A DNA stretch of 55,457 nt, from positions 1-55,457 of the IMG/VR virus record IMGVR_UViG_3300045988_047237; one strand, given 5' to 3'. This stretch comes from a virus. This document shows, in pieces, positions 1 to 9,231 of this stretch; within the stretch, counting starts at the first letter, position 1, and the number at the start of each line of letters is the position of its first letter. A program made the position numbers and the translations under genes. The notes under the pieces are model-generated. The model was not told where the DNA came from and did no database searches. It saw only the letters and a list, made by a program, of their open reading frames with translations.

Positions 1-338
1 GTTCTTGTGGCGCATCGTCAGCCACCGGAGATTACGGCGCATCGTCAGCCACCGGTTCTTGTGGCGCATCGTCAGCCACCGGATATAAAGGCGCATCGTC
101 AGCTGATCACAAAGATGCCGTGGCTGTCGCGTGGGGCTATCGCGGTAGAGCCAAAGGTGTTTTGGGTTCTCACCTTGTATTGGCGGATTGGGAAGGCGAT
201 GACAGCCAGTATTGGAAACCGAGGTATTGGGAACTCAAAGGCGCGAAAATGGTGCAGGTTGACGGTAAGGACATCAAGCCTGATACATGGTACACAATGG
301 AGAATGGCGAAATTATGGAATGGGATGAAGAAGAATAG
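1..338 (+). CDS. 3' part of wrap-around gene (continues from 55034..55457); phage protein with six tandem GASSATG-type repeat units
   Basis: Frame 3 is open from the window edge to TAG 336-338. Bases 1-36 equal 55422-55457 and the frame is continuous across that overlap. Confidence 0.75.
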   Translation, partial: SCGASSATGDYGASSATGSCGASSATGYKGASSADHKDAVAVAWGYRGRAKGVLGSHLVLADWEGDDSQYWKPRYWELKGAKMVQVDGKDIKPDTWYTMENGEIMEWDEEE

Positions 339-351
339 AAAGGAGATAGCA

Positions 352-486
352 ATGATTATTACAGATTTTAATCAGATGTCAGTAGTAACCGACTTGCCCG
401 TTATCCACAATGTAATCGGATTAAGTTTCGTGATTGAGGACGGAAAGATTACCAAAGTGGTAAACGATAAGGCTTGCAACAATTAA
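352..486 (+). CDS. hypothetical protein (44 aa)
   Basis: ATG 352 follows aaaggaga; same strand and tight packing with neighbours. Confidence 0.5.
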   Translation: MIITDFNQMSVVTDLPVIHNVIGLSFVIEDGKITKVVNDKACNN

Positions 487-561
487 GTCACAAGCCTTAT
501 CAAATCAAATAAGAAAGGGTCAGTAAAACCCACTTCTTATGTTATCACACAGAAAGGAGAA

Positions 562-897
562 TTGCAAGTCAAAATGAGAAGTCGAATAGAAAACATACTT
601 AAGAAAATGGGAATACCGGAGGAAATGCCGGGATTTAGGATATTGGCAAGTGAAATAGAAGAAGTCGTGTACTACAAAGGCGCGATAGGCATAAATGAGG
701 TCGCTCAAAGAGTAGCAGGAATATCAGAGATAAAGACAGATACCCTTGCTAAGCGCGTTAGAGACGCACTTAAATGCGTTGATGACGAGGGCGCAGCATT
801 CAAACGGTATGTGGGATTTCATCCTATTACGAACGTGACATTCGTACAGAATGTGGCGATTACCATACTTAAGGAGGATAAGGAATGGGAAATGTAG
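562..897 (+). CDS. stand-alone Spo0A C-terminal (DNA-binding) domain-like protein
   Basis: Pattern ILKKMGIPEEMPGFRIL ... LAKRVRDALK ... ITNVTFVQNVA parallels the Spo0A_C helices (HEIGVPAHIKGY..., RVERAIRHAI, TNSEFIAMVA). No receiver domain. Start uncertain (TTG 562 or ATG 574). Confidence 0.6.
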   Translation: MQVKMRSRIENILKKMGIPEEMPGFRILASEIEEVVYYKGAIGINEVAQRVAGISEIKTDTLAKRVRDALKCVDDEGAAFKRYVGFHPITNVTFVQNVAITILKEDKEWEM

Positions 898-1454
898 CAA
901 AGATAAGCGGAACCGTAATTGCCGAGCCGGAATACTCACATACTACGGTAGGCGAAAAATTCTATAAGGTGCTTATCGAGGTTGCCCGAATGAGTGGGGC
1001 GTATGATGAAGTTCCTTGCATTGTTCCGGAGATATTCGCGCAGAAGATACGCAAAGGTCAGAGAGTGCATTTTGACGGAGAGGTCAGAACCTACTACAGC
1101 AAGGACAGACACCTTGAAGTTTATATATTCGCCCAAAAGGTCTATGAAGAGACTGATATGGGCGATTACAATCACGTCGAATTTGACGGATTGATTAAGT
1201 ACCCACAAGAGCCGAGACGTACACCGCTGACAAACAGAACCGTTATTGATTTTTCCATCGTGAACCGTGACGGTAACGATGCCGTGAATTACATTCCGGC
1301 AATCGCCTGGGGGCGAAACGCATACCGCATAGCGAATTGCGGAGCGGAACAGAAGATAAGGATAACCGGCAGATTTCAGAGCCGGGTATATGAAAAAGAC
1401 GGAACCGAACATACCGCATATGAAATATCGGTATCGGGAATATATATGTTATAG
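885..1454 (+). CDS. OB-fold / SSB-like protein
   Basis: 189-aa ORF overlapping the upstream stop. Two segments look like SSB OB folds (VxxxGxV ... G.RV...G..R). Confidence 0.45.
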   Translation: MGNVAKISGTVIAEPEYSHTTVGEKFYKVLIEVARMSGAYDEVPCIVPEIFAQKIRKGQRVHFDGEVRTYYSKDRHLEVYIFAQKVYEETDMGDYNHVEFDGLIKYPQEPRRTPLTNRTVIDFSIVNRDGNDAVNYIPAIAWGRNAYRIANCGAEQKIRITGRFQSRVYEKDGTEHTAYEISVSGIYML

Positions 1455-1467
1455 GAAGGAGACACAT

Positions 1468-1719
1468 ATGGCAAAATCAGACAAAACTGTCCTTGTATCG
1501 GACGAGAACCACGTTATTCTCGATAAATGGTACTACGAGGAACTCATAAACACCGCAGCGAGGGTTGACGTACTTATAACTCTTATAGATAGGGATAAGT
1601 TCATATCCATACCGAATTTATTGGCAATTCTTGATAGACCAAATGGAAACAGACTTTTATACGAAATGGATCAGAAATTATTAGAAGAGAAAGGAGAGAC
1701 GGTGGAATGCGTGAAATGA
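1468..1719 (+). CDS. hypothetical protein
   Basis: ATG 1468 after aggaagga RBS; in-operon position. Confidence 0.55.
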   Translation: MAKSDKTVLVSDENHVILDKWYYEELINTAARVDVLITLIDRDKFISIPNLLAILDRPNGNRLLYEMDQKLLEEKGETVECVK

Positions 1720-3635
1720 TTATAAAAAGCCTTACGGTAACTAACTTTATGGCTTATGCAGAGAAAACATTTACATTCGGTAAATTAACATCGCTGTCCG
1801 GAATGAATGGTGTCGGCAAGTCAACAGTTGTAACCGCTTATAATTGGCTGTTTTTTAACTGTGATTATGAACTGAAAGACAATCCACCGATAAGGCGCGA
1901 GGTTGACGGAGTAAGTATTGATGACATTGATACCTCCGTTTCCGCCGTAGTCGAGATTGACGGCAAGGAAGTAGCTGTACGCAAGGTTCAGAAGAGAAAA
2001 TACAGCAAGGACGGCACATCTTATAAAGATGATAATGTCTACTATATAAATGAGGTTGCCAAGACGCTTACCGCGTACAATGAATACTTTGACATTGATA
2101 TGAACATATTCAAGATGTGCAGTAATGTAAACGCATTTTTATCGAAAAAGCCGGCAGAAATGAGAGAATATCTCTTTACACTTGCTGAAATCAAGACAGA
2201 CTACGACATCGCATCGGCGCACGAAGAGTTGGCAGAGTTACTTCCGTTACTCAGCAAGTACACACGCGATGAAGTAATTGCCTTGAATAAGAAAGCTGTA
2301 GCGGACATCAAAGCAGAACTTCCGGTCCTTAAAGGTCAGATTTCGGAGAAAGAAAGAGACATTCAGATTAAGAATGCCACAGATAAGGGCGAACTGTTGA
2401 CAAAACAGAAAGAAATTGAGGGCAGATTAAAGACTATCGCAGATGCAAAAGCCGATAATGACAAGCTGTCATCCGAATATCAGGCATTATCAGACGGTAT
2501 TCTTGAACTGAAATTCAAGCAGAATGAGATAGAGGAAATCGCCAATATTGGACTTATTGCGAAACGTGATACGTTAAAGCAGGCAATTAGCGATACAAAG
2601 TCGGAATTATCTGACATTCAGAATGAGTGCGTTTCAATGCAGAGAACGATTGATAGCCTTACGGCAGACATTGACCGCAAGAAACGTATTCGCGATATGA
2701 GAGTAGAGGAATGGCAGCAGGCAAAAGATCGTAAATTTGACGAAAACAGCCTTGTTTGTCCTTATTGCAAGCGAGACTATGACGAGAGCAAAAAAGAGGA
2801 AATGCGAGCCGATTTCGACACGCACAAGGCAGAAGAATTAAAGAGGATAACTGATGCCGGAATGTCAATCAAATCTGACATCGAAAGCATAATTGCCGAG
2901 ATTGAAGAATACAATGGCAAGATTGAAGAAAAGGCAATAACCGCTAACAACCTTAGGGATGAAATTGTAAGTCTTACGGAAAGCCTTAATGCGATACCTG
3001 ACAAGGCAGATGTCAGCGATAACGACACATACAAGGCATTACAGACAGAAATCGAGAAGAAAGAAACACTTCTTAAGGCATCAAGTTCAATGGCTGATGT
3101 TAGGGCGAACCTTAAGGCAGAGGAAATCACACTAAACAGTCAGTTGATAGAAATTAAGAGTGAGATAGCCAAACTTGATACGGCTGCCGATACTGAAAGA
3201 CTTGCGGAACTGGAAAGACAGTACAAGGTCAAAGACCAGATGCAGACTGACGCTGAGAAGATACTTAAGCTTATTAAGGAACTCGACAAGTGTAAGAATG
3301 AAGAACTGTCGGACGAAATCAACAGTCATTTTGGCATTGTTAAGTGGAAACTTTGGGAACTTAGCAAGGGCGGAGAGTACAAGAATGTGTGTGTGCCTAT
3401 GGTAGACGGCAAGTCAATATTATCAACTATGAGTAACAAGGGCAATCGCATTCTCGGAAGAATTGATATATGCCGTTCACTACAGAGTATTAACGGTTTT
3501 AGCTGCCCGATATGGCTTGATGATGCAGAGAGCCTTGATGTAGGCAACCGCCATAAATTGGCTGAAACAGTAGGCAGACAGCTTATATTACTGATTGTAA
3601 ACGGCAGTGAGAAATTAGAGATTGTGGAGGAATAA
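1707..3635 (+). CDS. SMC/Rad50/RecF-like AAA ATPase (recombination module)
   Basis: N-terminal Walker A GMNGVGKST, long coiled-coil-like middle with a CPYC zinc-hook-like motif, C-terminal DD(A)ESLD Walker B-like segment. Lies next to recT. Confidence 0.75.
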   Translation: MREMIIKSLTVTNFMAYAEKTFTFGKLTSLSGMNGVGKSTVVTAYNWLFFNCDYELKDNPPIRREVDGVSIDDIDTSVSAVVEIDGKEVAVRKVQKRKYSKDGTSYKDDNVYYINEVAKTLTAYNEYFDIDMNIFKMCSNVNAFLSKKPAEMREYLFTLAEIKTDYDIASAHEELAELLPLLSKYTRDEVIALNKKAVADIKAELPVLKGQISEKERDIQIKNATDKGELLTKQKEIEGRLKTIADAKADNDKLSSEYQALSDGILELKFKQNEIEEIANIGLIAKRDTLKQAISDTKSELSDIQNECVSMQRTIDSLTADIDRKKRIRDMRVEEWQQAKDRKFDENSLVCPYCKRDYDESKKEEMRADFDTHKAEELKRITDAGMSIKSDIESIIAEIEEYNGKIEEKAITANNLRDEIVSLTESLNAIPDKADVSDNDTYKALQTEIEKKETLLKASSSMADVRANLKAEEITLNSQLIEIKSEIAKLDTAADTERLAELERQYKVKDQMQTDAEKILKLIKELDKCKNEELSDEINSHFGIVKWKLWELSKGGEYKNVCVPMVDGKSILSTMSNKGNRILGRIDICRSLQSINGFSCPIWLDDAESLDVGNRHKLAETVGRQLILLIVNGSEKLEIVEE

Positions 3636-3636
3636 T

Positions 3637-3972
3637 ATGCTTACGATATTGGAACATTCATTTAATTTTAACGGTTTTAATTGCTATGTGGTGCTCCGAC
3701 ACATGGGGGCAAACCGTGTTTACAGATGCGGATATGTGCAGCTTTCCAGGCATATTGATATTGCTATAGCAGACATAGACTGCCACGGTGGTATTACATA
3801 TGCTTCTCTCGAACCGCCAAGTCCCCTTGCAATCAATGATGCAGATAAATGGTACATTGGATTTGATTGTGCGCACCCTTTTGATACTACAGATGTTTGG
3901 ACTGTAGGCAGGGTTAGTGATGAATTGAGACACATTGTTGAGCAGATTTTAAGTAAAGAAAGTGAGGAATAA
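3637..3972 (+). CDS. hypothetical protein
   Basis: ATG 3637 six nt after ggagg; in the recombination operon. Confidence 0.55.
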   Translation: MLTILEHSFNFNGFNCYVVLRHMGANRVYRCGYVQLSRHIDIAIADIDCHGGITYASLEPPSPLAINDADKWYIGFDCAHPFDTTDVWTVGRVSDELRHIVEQILSKESEE

Positions 3973-3974
3973 TT

Positions 3975-5075
3975 ATGGCAGAGAACACAGCAGTTGCAGA
4001 AAAGAAAGCATTTACTACATCATTAAGCGAATGGAGTAATGCTATTACAGGCTTAATAATGGCCGATTACAAGGCTTGCGGAATGGATATGGATGATTAC
4101 GCCAAAGAGTGCGCAATGGAAGCTATGACAAGCATTTACAACCTTGTAAAGACAAACCCAAAAGTCAATATGGCCAATCTTGATACAAGCAATTTAAGGG
4201 GCATTGTTAAGCGATGCGCAAGCCTTAAGCTGAACGCGAGCGCATATCCAAGAGAATGTTATTTTCAGTTGCGTAATGTCAATGTCGGCAAAGACGCAGA
4301 CGGTAAAGACATATGGCAGCAGCAGGTAGAAATGGGAATAGAGGGTTCTGGATATGACTCTCTTCTTGTGAATTACGGTAAAGATGTCAAGCAGGTATAT
4401 CCATATTGGGTAATAAAGGACGGCGATTATTATGTGGCACCGAAGCATAAAGGCCTTGAAATTACACCGCCGGAATGGGAAGAAAAAGGTTTATCGGATA
4501 AGGCAGTCAGAGTTGTTTATCCGGTCAAGCTTAAAGACGGAATGATTACATATCTTTCCGCTGACAGAGACAGTGTTAAGATTAATCTTCTTAAACATGT
4601 TCAGCAGAATATGCTGAATGAAACATTTGGAGTAATTACCGGAACTAAAAAGCAGTATAACAAGGAAGTCGCAAGAACACGTTACGATGCCACACCGGAA
4701 GAGAAAGCCAAAATAAAGGAAAAGAAAGAGGAAGTTTTGGAAGCTTTAAGAGTTTGCAAGACTGTTGATGAAATGCTTGAATGCAAGCTTGCAAGACCAT
4801 TTATCAGCGGTGCATGGCTTGATACTCCGGAGAGTATGATTATCCGTAAGATGTGCAATAACGCCATAAAGAAGTATCCGAAAAATTATGATCCGATGGC
4901 GAGACAGGCACAAATGGAAATGGACGAAGTATATCAGGTTGCACAGAATGAAATTGCAGAAAACGCCAATTCCGTTGATTTTATCGAGAGCAAGGACATG
5001 GTTGACGGCACAGCAGCAGAAATAACAGAAGAACCGAGCGATGTAGCACCGTTTGCGGAAGAAAAGGAGAATTAA
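3975..5075 (+). CDS. recT: RecT-family single-strand annealing protein
   Basis: 366-aa ORF between the ATPase and SSB genes. Central region resembles the RecT core; acidic C-terminal tail. Confidence 0.65.
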   Translation: MAENTAVAEKKAFTTSLSEWSNAITGLIMADYKACGMDMDDYAKECAMEAMTSIYNLVKTNPKVNMANLDTSNLRGIVKRCASLKLNASAYPRECYFQLRNVNVGKDADGKDIWQQQVEMGIEGSGYDSLLVNYGKDVKQVYPYWVIKDGDYYVAPKHKGLEITPPEWEEKGLSDKAVRVVYPVKLKDGMITYLSADRDSVKINLLKHVQQNMLNETFGVITGTKKQYNKEVARTRYDATPEEKAKIKEKKEEVLEALRVCKTVDEMLECKLARPFISGAWLDTPESMIIRKMCNNAIKKYPKNYDPMARQAQMEMDEVYQVAQNEIAENANSVDFIESKDMVDGTAAEITEEPSDVAPFAEEKEN

Positions 5076-5083
5076 GTAAGCCT

Positions 5084-5473
5084 ATGAAATCAGCAAGTTT
5101 AGAACAGATGATGGCTGATATGAATAATGGCACTTATGACTTGACTTGCAACGGAGAATGTACGCAGTGCGGTAATTGTTGCAGTGACTTGCTTCCTATG
5201 ACGGAAGATGAAATTGCAACAATCCGCAAGTACATCAAAAAACATCATATCAGTGAACATAGGCATAATTATCCAACGGCTACACTAACAATGGATATGA
5301 CTTGTCCGTTCCTTGATGATGATAAGCCAAAGGAAAAGTGTGAGATTTATTCAGTTAGACCTAGAATCTGTAGAGAGTTTATCTGCTGTCCGAGTAAAAG
5401 ACCACAGATTGATGATTGGGATTACAAATTAAAGTGCAAGGTAGTTGATGTTAGAAAGGAGTTTTTTGAATGA
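5084..5473 (+). CDS. YkgJ-family cysteine-cluster (CxxCxxCC) protein
   Basis: Motif CTQCGNCC plus distal C..C pairs typical of the zinc/iron-chelating UPF0153 family. Confidence 0.65.
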   Translation: MKSASLEQMMADMNNGTYDLTCNGECTQCGNCCSDLLPMTEDEIATIRKYIKKHHISEHRHNYPTATLTMDMTCPFLDDDKPKEKCEIYSVRPRICREFICCPSKRPQIDDWDYKLKCKVVDVRKEFFE

Positions 5474-5763
5474 GAGTAGTTTCGCAGGACGGAAAGATAG
5501 ATATGCCGTATGAAATGGTAGGTATTTTCAGATTTAAGGCAGAAATCTATTTCTTAAATAGAAATCTGACAGGTGTTATACCGCTTGACGGCGATGTGAG
5601 GTTAGCCACTTATTCCACCGAAGAAAAGGCAATTAAGGCTATGAAAATGCTGAGAGAAGCATATTTACTTAAAGCAGAAATTGAGAGTGATAACTGTTAT
5701 GACTATAAGGTAGCATTAAACAAGGTATTTCAGTTTCCACAGGATGATGAAATCGAGGTGTAA
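5470..5763 (+). CDS. hypothetical protein
   Basis: 97-aa ORF with ATGA overlap to the upstream stop. Confidence 0.55.
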   Translation: MRVVSQDGKIDMPYEMVGIFRFKAEIYFLNRNLTGVIPLDGDVRLATYSTEEKAIKAMKMLREAYLLKAEIESDNCYDYKVALNKVFQFPQDDEIEV

Positions 5764-5765
5764 GT

Positions 5766-6493
5766 ATGAAACTTAAATGTATCGCAAGCGGTTCTTCTGG
5801 TAACTGTTATACCTTAACCGCTGATGACGGAGAAACACTTATCCTTGATTGTGGAATACCTCTTATGAAGATTAAAGAGGGATTGAATTGGAATATAGGA
5901 GGGATAGCGGGCGTGATTATAACTCACGCCCACCTCTAGACCATTCAAGAGCATTAAACGACCTTAAGGATATGCGAATACCGGTATTTGCACCGTACAT
6001 AAGCCTTAATCCTATGGCACTAGGCAGCGGTCAATTTAAGATAGCCGCTTTCGACCTGACAACGACAGACGGCAGGTGGACTCACACTAACGCAGACAGC
6101 ACCGAATGTCCTTGCTATGGGTTTATGATAATCCACCCGGAAATGGGGAAAATGCTTTACATAACCGATACGGAGTTGATTAAGTGGCGGTTCAAGGACG
6201 TAAACCATATTCTCTTAGGCGTGAATTACGACAAGGATTTAGTTGATGCCGACAATCCAAAGACAAGACACGTTTTCCGAGGGCATATGAGCATTGACAC
6301 AGCTTGCAATTTCGTTAAGGCTAACTATTCAGACAGCTTGCAGAACGTCATAATGTGCCATTTATCAAGCGAAAATGCTGACAAGGACTTATTTATCGAG
6401 AAAATGAAAAAAACCGCTTGTAGGGCAAATGTGGATGTAGCAGAACCGGGTAAACAATGGATTTTAAGGAAAGGAGATGAATGTCCGTTTTGA
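5766..6493 (+). pseudogene. MBL-fold metallo-hydrolase interrupted by a 2-nt frameshift inside the HxHxDH motif
   Basis: ATG 5766 gives MKLKCIASGSSGNCY...VIITHAHL then TAG 5937-5939. The other frame continues LDHSRAL... to 6493. Deleting one CT of cacCTCTagac restores THAHLDH. Confidence 0.8.
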
Positions 6494-6699
6494 TAATCGA
6501 AAAAGACAATATTACTGTTGAAGACACCAAAGATAATCTTATCGAAACCAAAGAAGGCATTACTTGTGGATGTGGAACCCCAAATTTACAAATGACTTGT
6601 CACGTTGACGGAGTTGATTTTTACAACTGCCAGTACAAGTGCAAGTGCGGTAACACTATTACAGTCGATATGAAAAGAGACAAGGAGGATAGGTGGTAA
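6481..6699 (+). CDS. hypothetical Cys-rich (zinc-ribbon-like) protein
   Basis: 72-aa ORF with CGC...C..C.C pairs. Confidence 0.5.
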   Translation: MSVLIIEKDNITVEDTKDNLIETKEGITCGCGTPNLQMTCHVDGVDFYNCQYKCKCGNTITVDMKRDKEDRW

Positions 6700-6848
6700 T
6701 GGATTACGACGAGGTTATATGTGCGAATTGCAAGCACAACACAAAGGACGATGAAAACTATTATTGCAACAACAAAGACAGCGACTGTTACGGATTACCG
6801 ACTATGTATGATGACAGTTGCGAAGATTTTGAAGAAAAGGAGATTTAA
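6699..6848 (+). CDS. hypothetical Cys-rich small protein (49 aa)
   Basis: ATG 6699 overlaps the upstream stop; CANC...C motifs. Not in the ORF track (under 60 aa). Confidence 0.4.
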   Translation: MDYDEVICANCKHNTKDDENYYCNNKDSDCYGLPTMYDDSCEDFEEKEI

Positions 6849-6850
6849 TT

Positions 6851-7114
6851 ATGATTAGCGCGGATAAAGGACATGTGCGTATTTCCGGCAAGGGAATTGA
6901 AATGCTTGCGGAGCTTGGCACCCTTGCGGCAGCTTTGTATGAAATGATGTGTGAGAAAGGAATATCGAAAGGCACAGCAGAAAAAGTAATTCATGGTGTG
7001 GTTGTTACCGGAATTTGCTCTAAGGAGACATTTGGCAAGAAAGAAAACTCGATAATGGAAATGGCAAACGAGATAGTCAAGAAGACACTCAAAGGAGAGA
7101 AAGACGATGAATAA
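6851..7114 (+). CDS. hypothetical protein
   Basis: 87-aa ORF after aaggag; overlaps the ssb start. Confidence 0.55.
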   Translation: MISADKGHVRISGKGIEMLAELGTLAAALYEMMCEKGISKGTAEKVIHGVVVTGICSKETFGKKENSIMEMANEIVKKTLKGEKDDE

Positions 7115-7547
7115 AGTTATTTTAATGGGTCGTTTAACGCGCGACCCGGACGTAAGGTATTCGCAGACAGCGAATGGAAGTATGGCGGTCGCAAGATACA
7201 CACTTGCGGTTGACCGTCGTTTTAAGAAAGACGGAGAAACAAACGCGGATTTCATATCGTGCGTTGCGTTTGGTAAGGTCGGCGAGTTTGCCGAGAAGTA
7301 TTTGCATCAGGGAACGAAAGTTGTTGTTGAGGGCAGAATACAGACCGGAAGTTACACCAACAAGGACGGTAATAAGGTTTACACGACTGACATTTACGTT
7401 GAGAATTGCGAATTTGCCGAAAGCAAGTCCGCGGCGGAACAGAACGGAGTAAACACGGCACCGGCACGACCAAAACCGAGTAATGTTGATGCAGACGGTT
7501 TTATGACAATTCCGGATAACGTAGATGATGACGGCTTACCGTTTTAA
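7107..7547 (+). CDS. ssb: single-stranded DNA-binding protein
   Basis: MNKVILMGRLTRDPDVRY..., OB-fold core, Gly/Pro-rich linker and acidic tip DDDGLPF typical of bacterial/phage SSB. Confidence 0.93.
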   Translation: MNKVILMGRLTRDPDVRYSQTANGSMAVARYTLAVDRRFKKDGETNADFISCVAFGKVGEFAEKYLHQGTKVVVEGRIQTGSYTNKDGNKVYTTDIYVENCEFAESKSAAEQNGVNTAPARPKPSNVDADGFMTIPDNVDDDGLPF

Positions 7548-7744
7548 GGAGAGATAATGAAGATTATTAGCGGAAAGGAATAACAAGTCCTCGGTAAACC
7601 GAGGTTGTGTAATGGGTGAAGTAAAATAGAATTGCGCACAAAACATAGTAAAATGAGTTCCGTGCAAGACCAGATTAAAGTATGCTAAAAAACGCTTGCT
7701 GACTATGTTATCCACGATTACAAAGCGATTTGTAACGTGGTGTT

Positions 7745-8479
7745 ATGAAGAAATTAAAAGTATGTTGGGTATCTGCCGGTATATCAAGCTTTATGGCAGG
7801 ATATTTAGCCGGAAATGTTGATGAATGGATTTACATTGACATTGCAGACCAACACCCGGACAGTATCAGATTTATTAAAGATTGCGAGAAAGCAATCGGG
7901 AAGAAGATACAAGTTTTAAAATCAAGTGAATATAGGAATGTTGAGGAATGTGTCAAGGTGTTTGGCGGTTTTAAACATGTAAAAGGCTTTACGCCTTGCA
8001 CAAATTGGCTTAAGAAACGTGTGAGAAAAGAATGGGAAGACCAACACAAGGATTGCGAAATCACTTATGTTTGGGGATTTGATGTAAACGAGAGGGCAAG
8101 AGCTGACAAAACGATTGAAGCCAACCCACAAGCATTACACGAATTTCCGCTGATTGACAAAGGACTTTCCAAAGAAGAGGTTCACGGTTTATTTACCCGG
8201 ATATTCGATTTCCCAAGACCTAAAATGTACGAAATGGGTTATTCAAATAATAACTGTATCGGCTGCATTCGTGGTGGTATGGGGTATTGGAACAAAATAA
8301 GGAAAGACTTTCCGGAAGTCTTTGACAGCCGGGCAAGGCTTGAAAGAGAAGTCAACCATTCCATTCTTAAGGATAGCAACGGTCCTATATTCTTAGATGA
8401 ATTAGATCCGAACCGTGGGAATATGAACACGGAGATAATGCCTGAATGTGGCGTTATGTGTTACTTGAACATTAATTGA
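7745..8479 (+). CDS. PAPS-reductase-like PP-loop (adenine nucleotide alpha-hydrolase) family protein
   Basis: N-terminal VSAGISS (variant of SGGxDS) and C-terminal NNCIGC...W segment, as in phage PAPS reductase/DUF3440-type proteins. Confidence 0.5.
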   Translation: MKKLKVCWVSAGISSFMAGYLAGNVDEWIYIDIADQHPDSIRFIKDCEKAIGKKIQVLKSSEYRNVEECVKVFGGFKHVKGFTPCTNWLKKRVRKEWEDQHKDCEITYVWGFDVNERARADKTIEANPQALHEFPLIDKGLSKEEVHGLFTRIFDFPRPKMYEMGYSNNNCIGCIRGGMGYWNKIRKDFPEVFDSRARLEREVNHSILKDSNGPIFLDELDPNRGNMNTEIMPECGVMCYLNIN

Positions 8480-8520
8480 TTTAACGCGCGTCAGCAATGG
8501 CGCGCAGGAAAGGAGATTAT

Positions 8521-8736
8521 ATGATTAAAGGCAGATTTGTTATTTTACCTTTCAAATATGTGTATTACATTTTTGATATAGACAATCCTAAGTATGCAAA
8601 GGTTGCAAAAAGATTTATAAAGGTGCTTTCAGTATATGAGATTGAGAACATTGACAAAGAAAACTGCAAATATTTTTCCACAAAAGAAAAAGCAGAAGCA
8701 AAACTGAGGGAATTGAGGTGTAACAATGGAAGATGA
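8521..8736 (+). CDS. hypothetical protein
   Basis: ATG 8521 after aaaggaga. Confidence 0.5.
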   Translation: MIKGRFVILPFKYVYYIFDIDNPKYAKVAKRFIKVLSVYEIENIDKENCKYFSTKEKAEAKLRELRCNNGR

Positions 8737-8890
8737 AAATTTCTTTGAAAAATGCAGGACTTGTCAACACTGTTATACAAAAAAAGATGACGATTATGTT
8801 TATTGCAGGAAAAGAAATGGAAAATGTGAATATAAACCATATAAGTCAAGAAAAGAATTGAGAGGTGAAGAAAATGAAGAAAGAAGTTGA
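8726..8890 (+). CDS. hypothetical Cys-rich small protein (54 aa)
   Basis: ATG 8726 after gaggtg; C..C..C...C pattern; short. Confidence 0.35.
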   Translation: MEDENFFEKCRTCQHCYTKKDDDYVYCRKRNGKCEYKPYKSRKELRGEENEERS

Positions 8891-9089
8891 CGGAGTAGTA
8901 GTAGAGGCAAAAAGCATTCTAACCGCACTGAAAATAATCAAGACAGTGTGCGAGGACAATGAATGTCAGACTTGCCCCTTTGGGAAGAATGATAATACAA
9001 CTGGGAAAATACTTTGCATGATTAAATGCACAACACCCGATGTATGGATTATTAATGACGAGACTGATGTATGGAGGGCATTACGATGA
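8874..9089 (+). CDS. hypothetical protein
   Basis: ATG 8874 eight nt after agagg. Confidence 0.5.
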   Translation: MKKEVDGVVVEAKSILTALKIIKTVCEDNECQTCPFGKNDNTTGKILCMIKCTTPDVWIINDETDVWRALR

Positions 9090-9223
9090 CAAACGCGGAT
9101 AAGATAAGGAATATGACGGATGAAGAGTTAGCAGAGTTTCTTATAACTTTTAAGAACACATTCGGCAAAGAATACGAAGGAGAAGTCAGTTGTATGCAAT
9201 GGCTTCAATCAGAAGCAGAATAG
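9086..9223 (+). CDS. hypothetical small protein (45 aa)
   Basis: ATGA overlap with the upstream stop; fills a gap in the operon. Confidence 0.4.
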   Translation: MTNADKIRNMTDEELAEFLITFKNTFGKEYEGEVSCMQWLQSEAE

Positions 9224-9231
9224 GAGAAAAT

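Noticed and set aside
7548-7744. A riboswitch (for example preQ1 or SAM-type) in the leader of the PAPS-reductase-like gene.
   Set aside because: I could not recognise any known riboswitch core by eye. Only one simple hairpin (cctcgg/ccgagg) is obvious. It is left as an unexplained leader.
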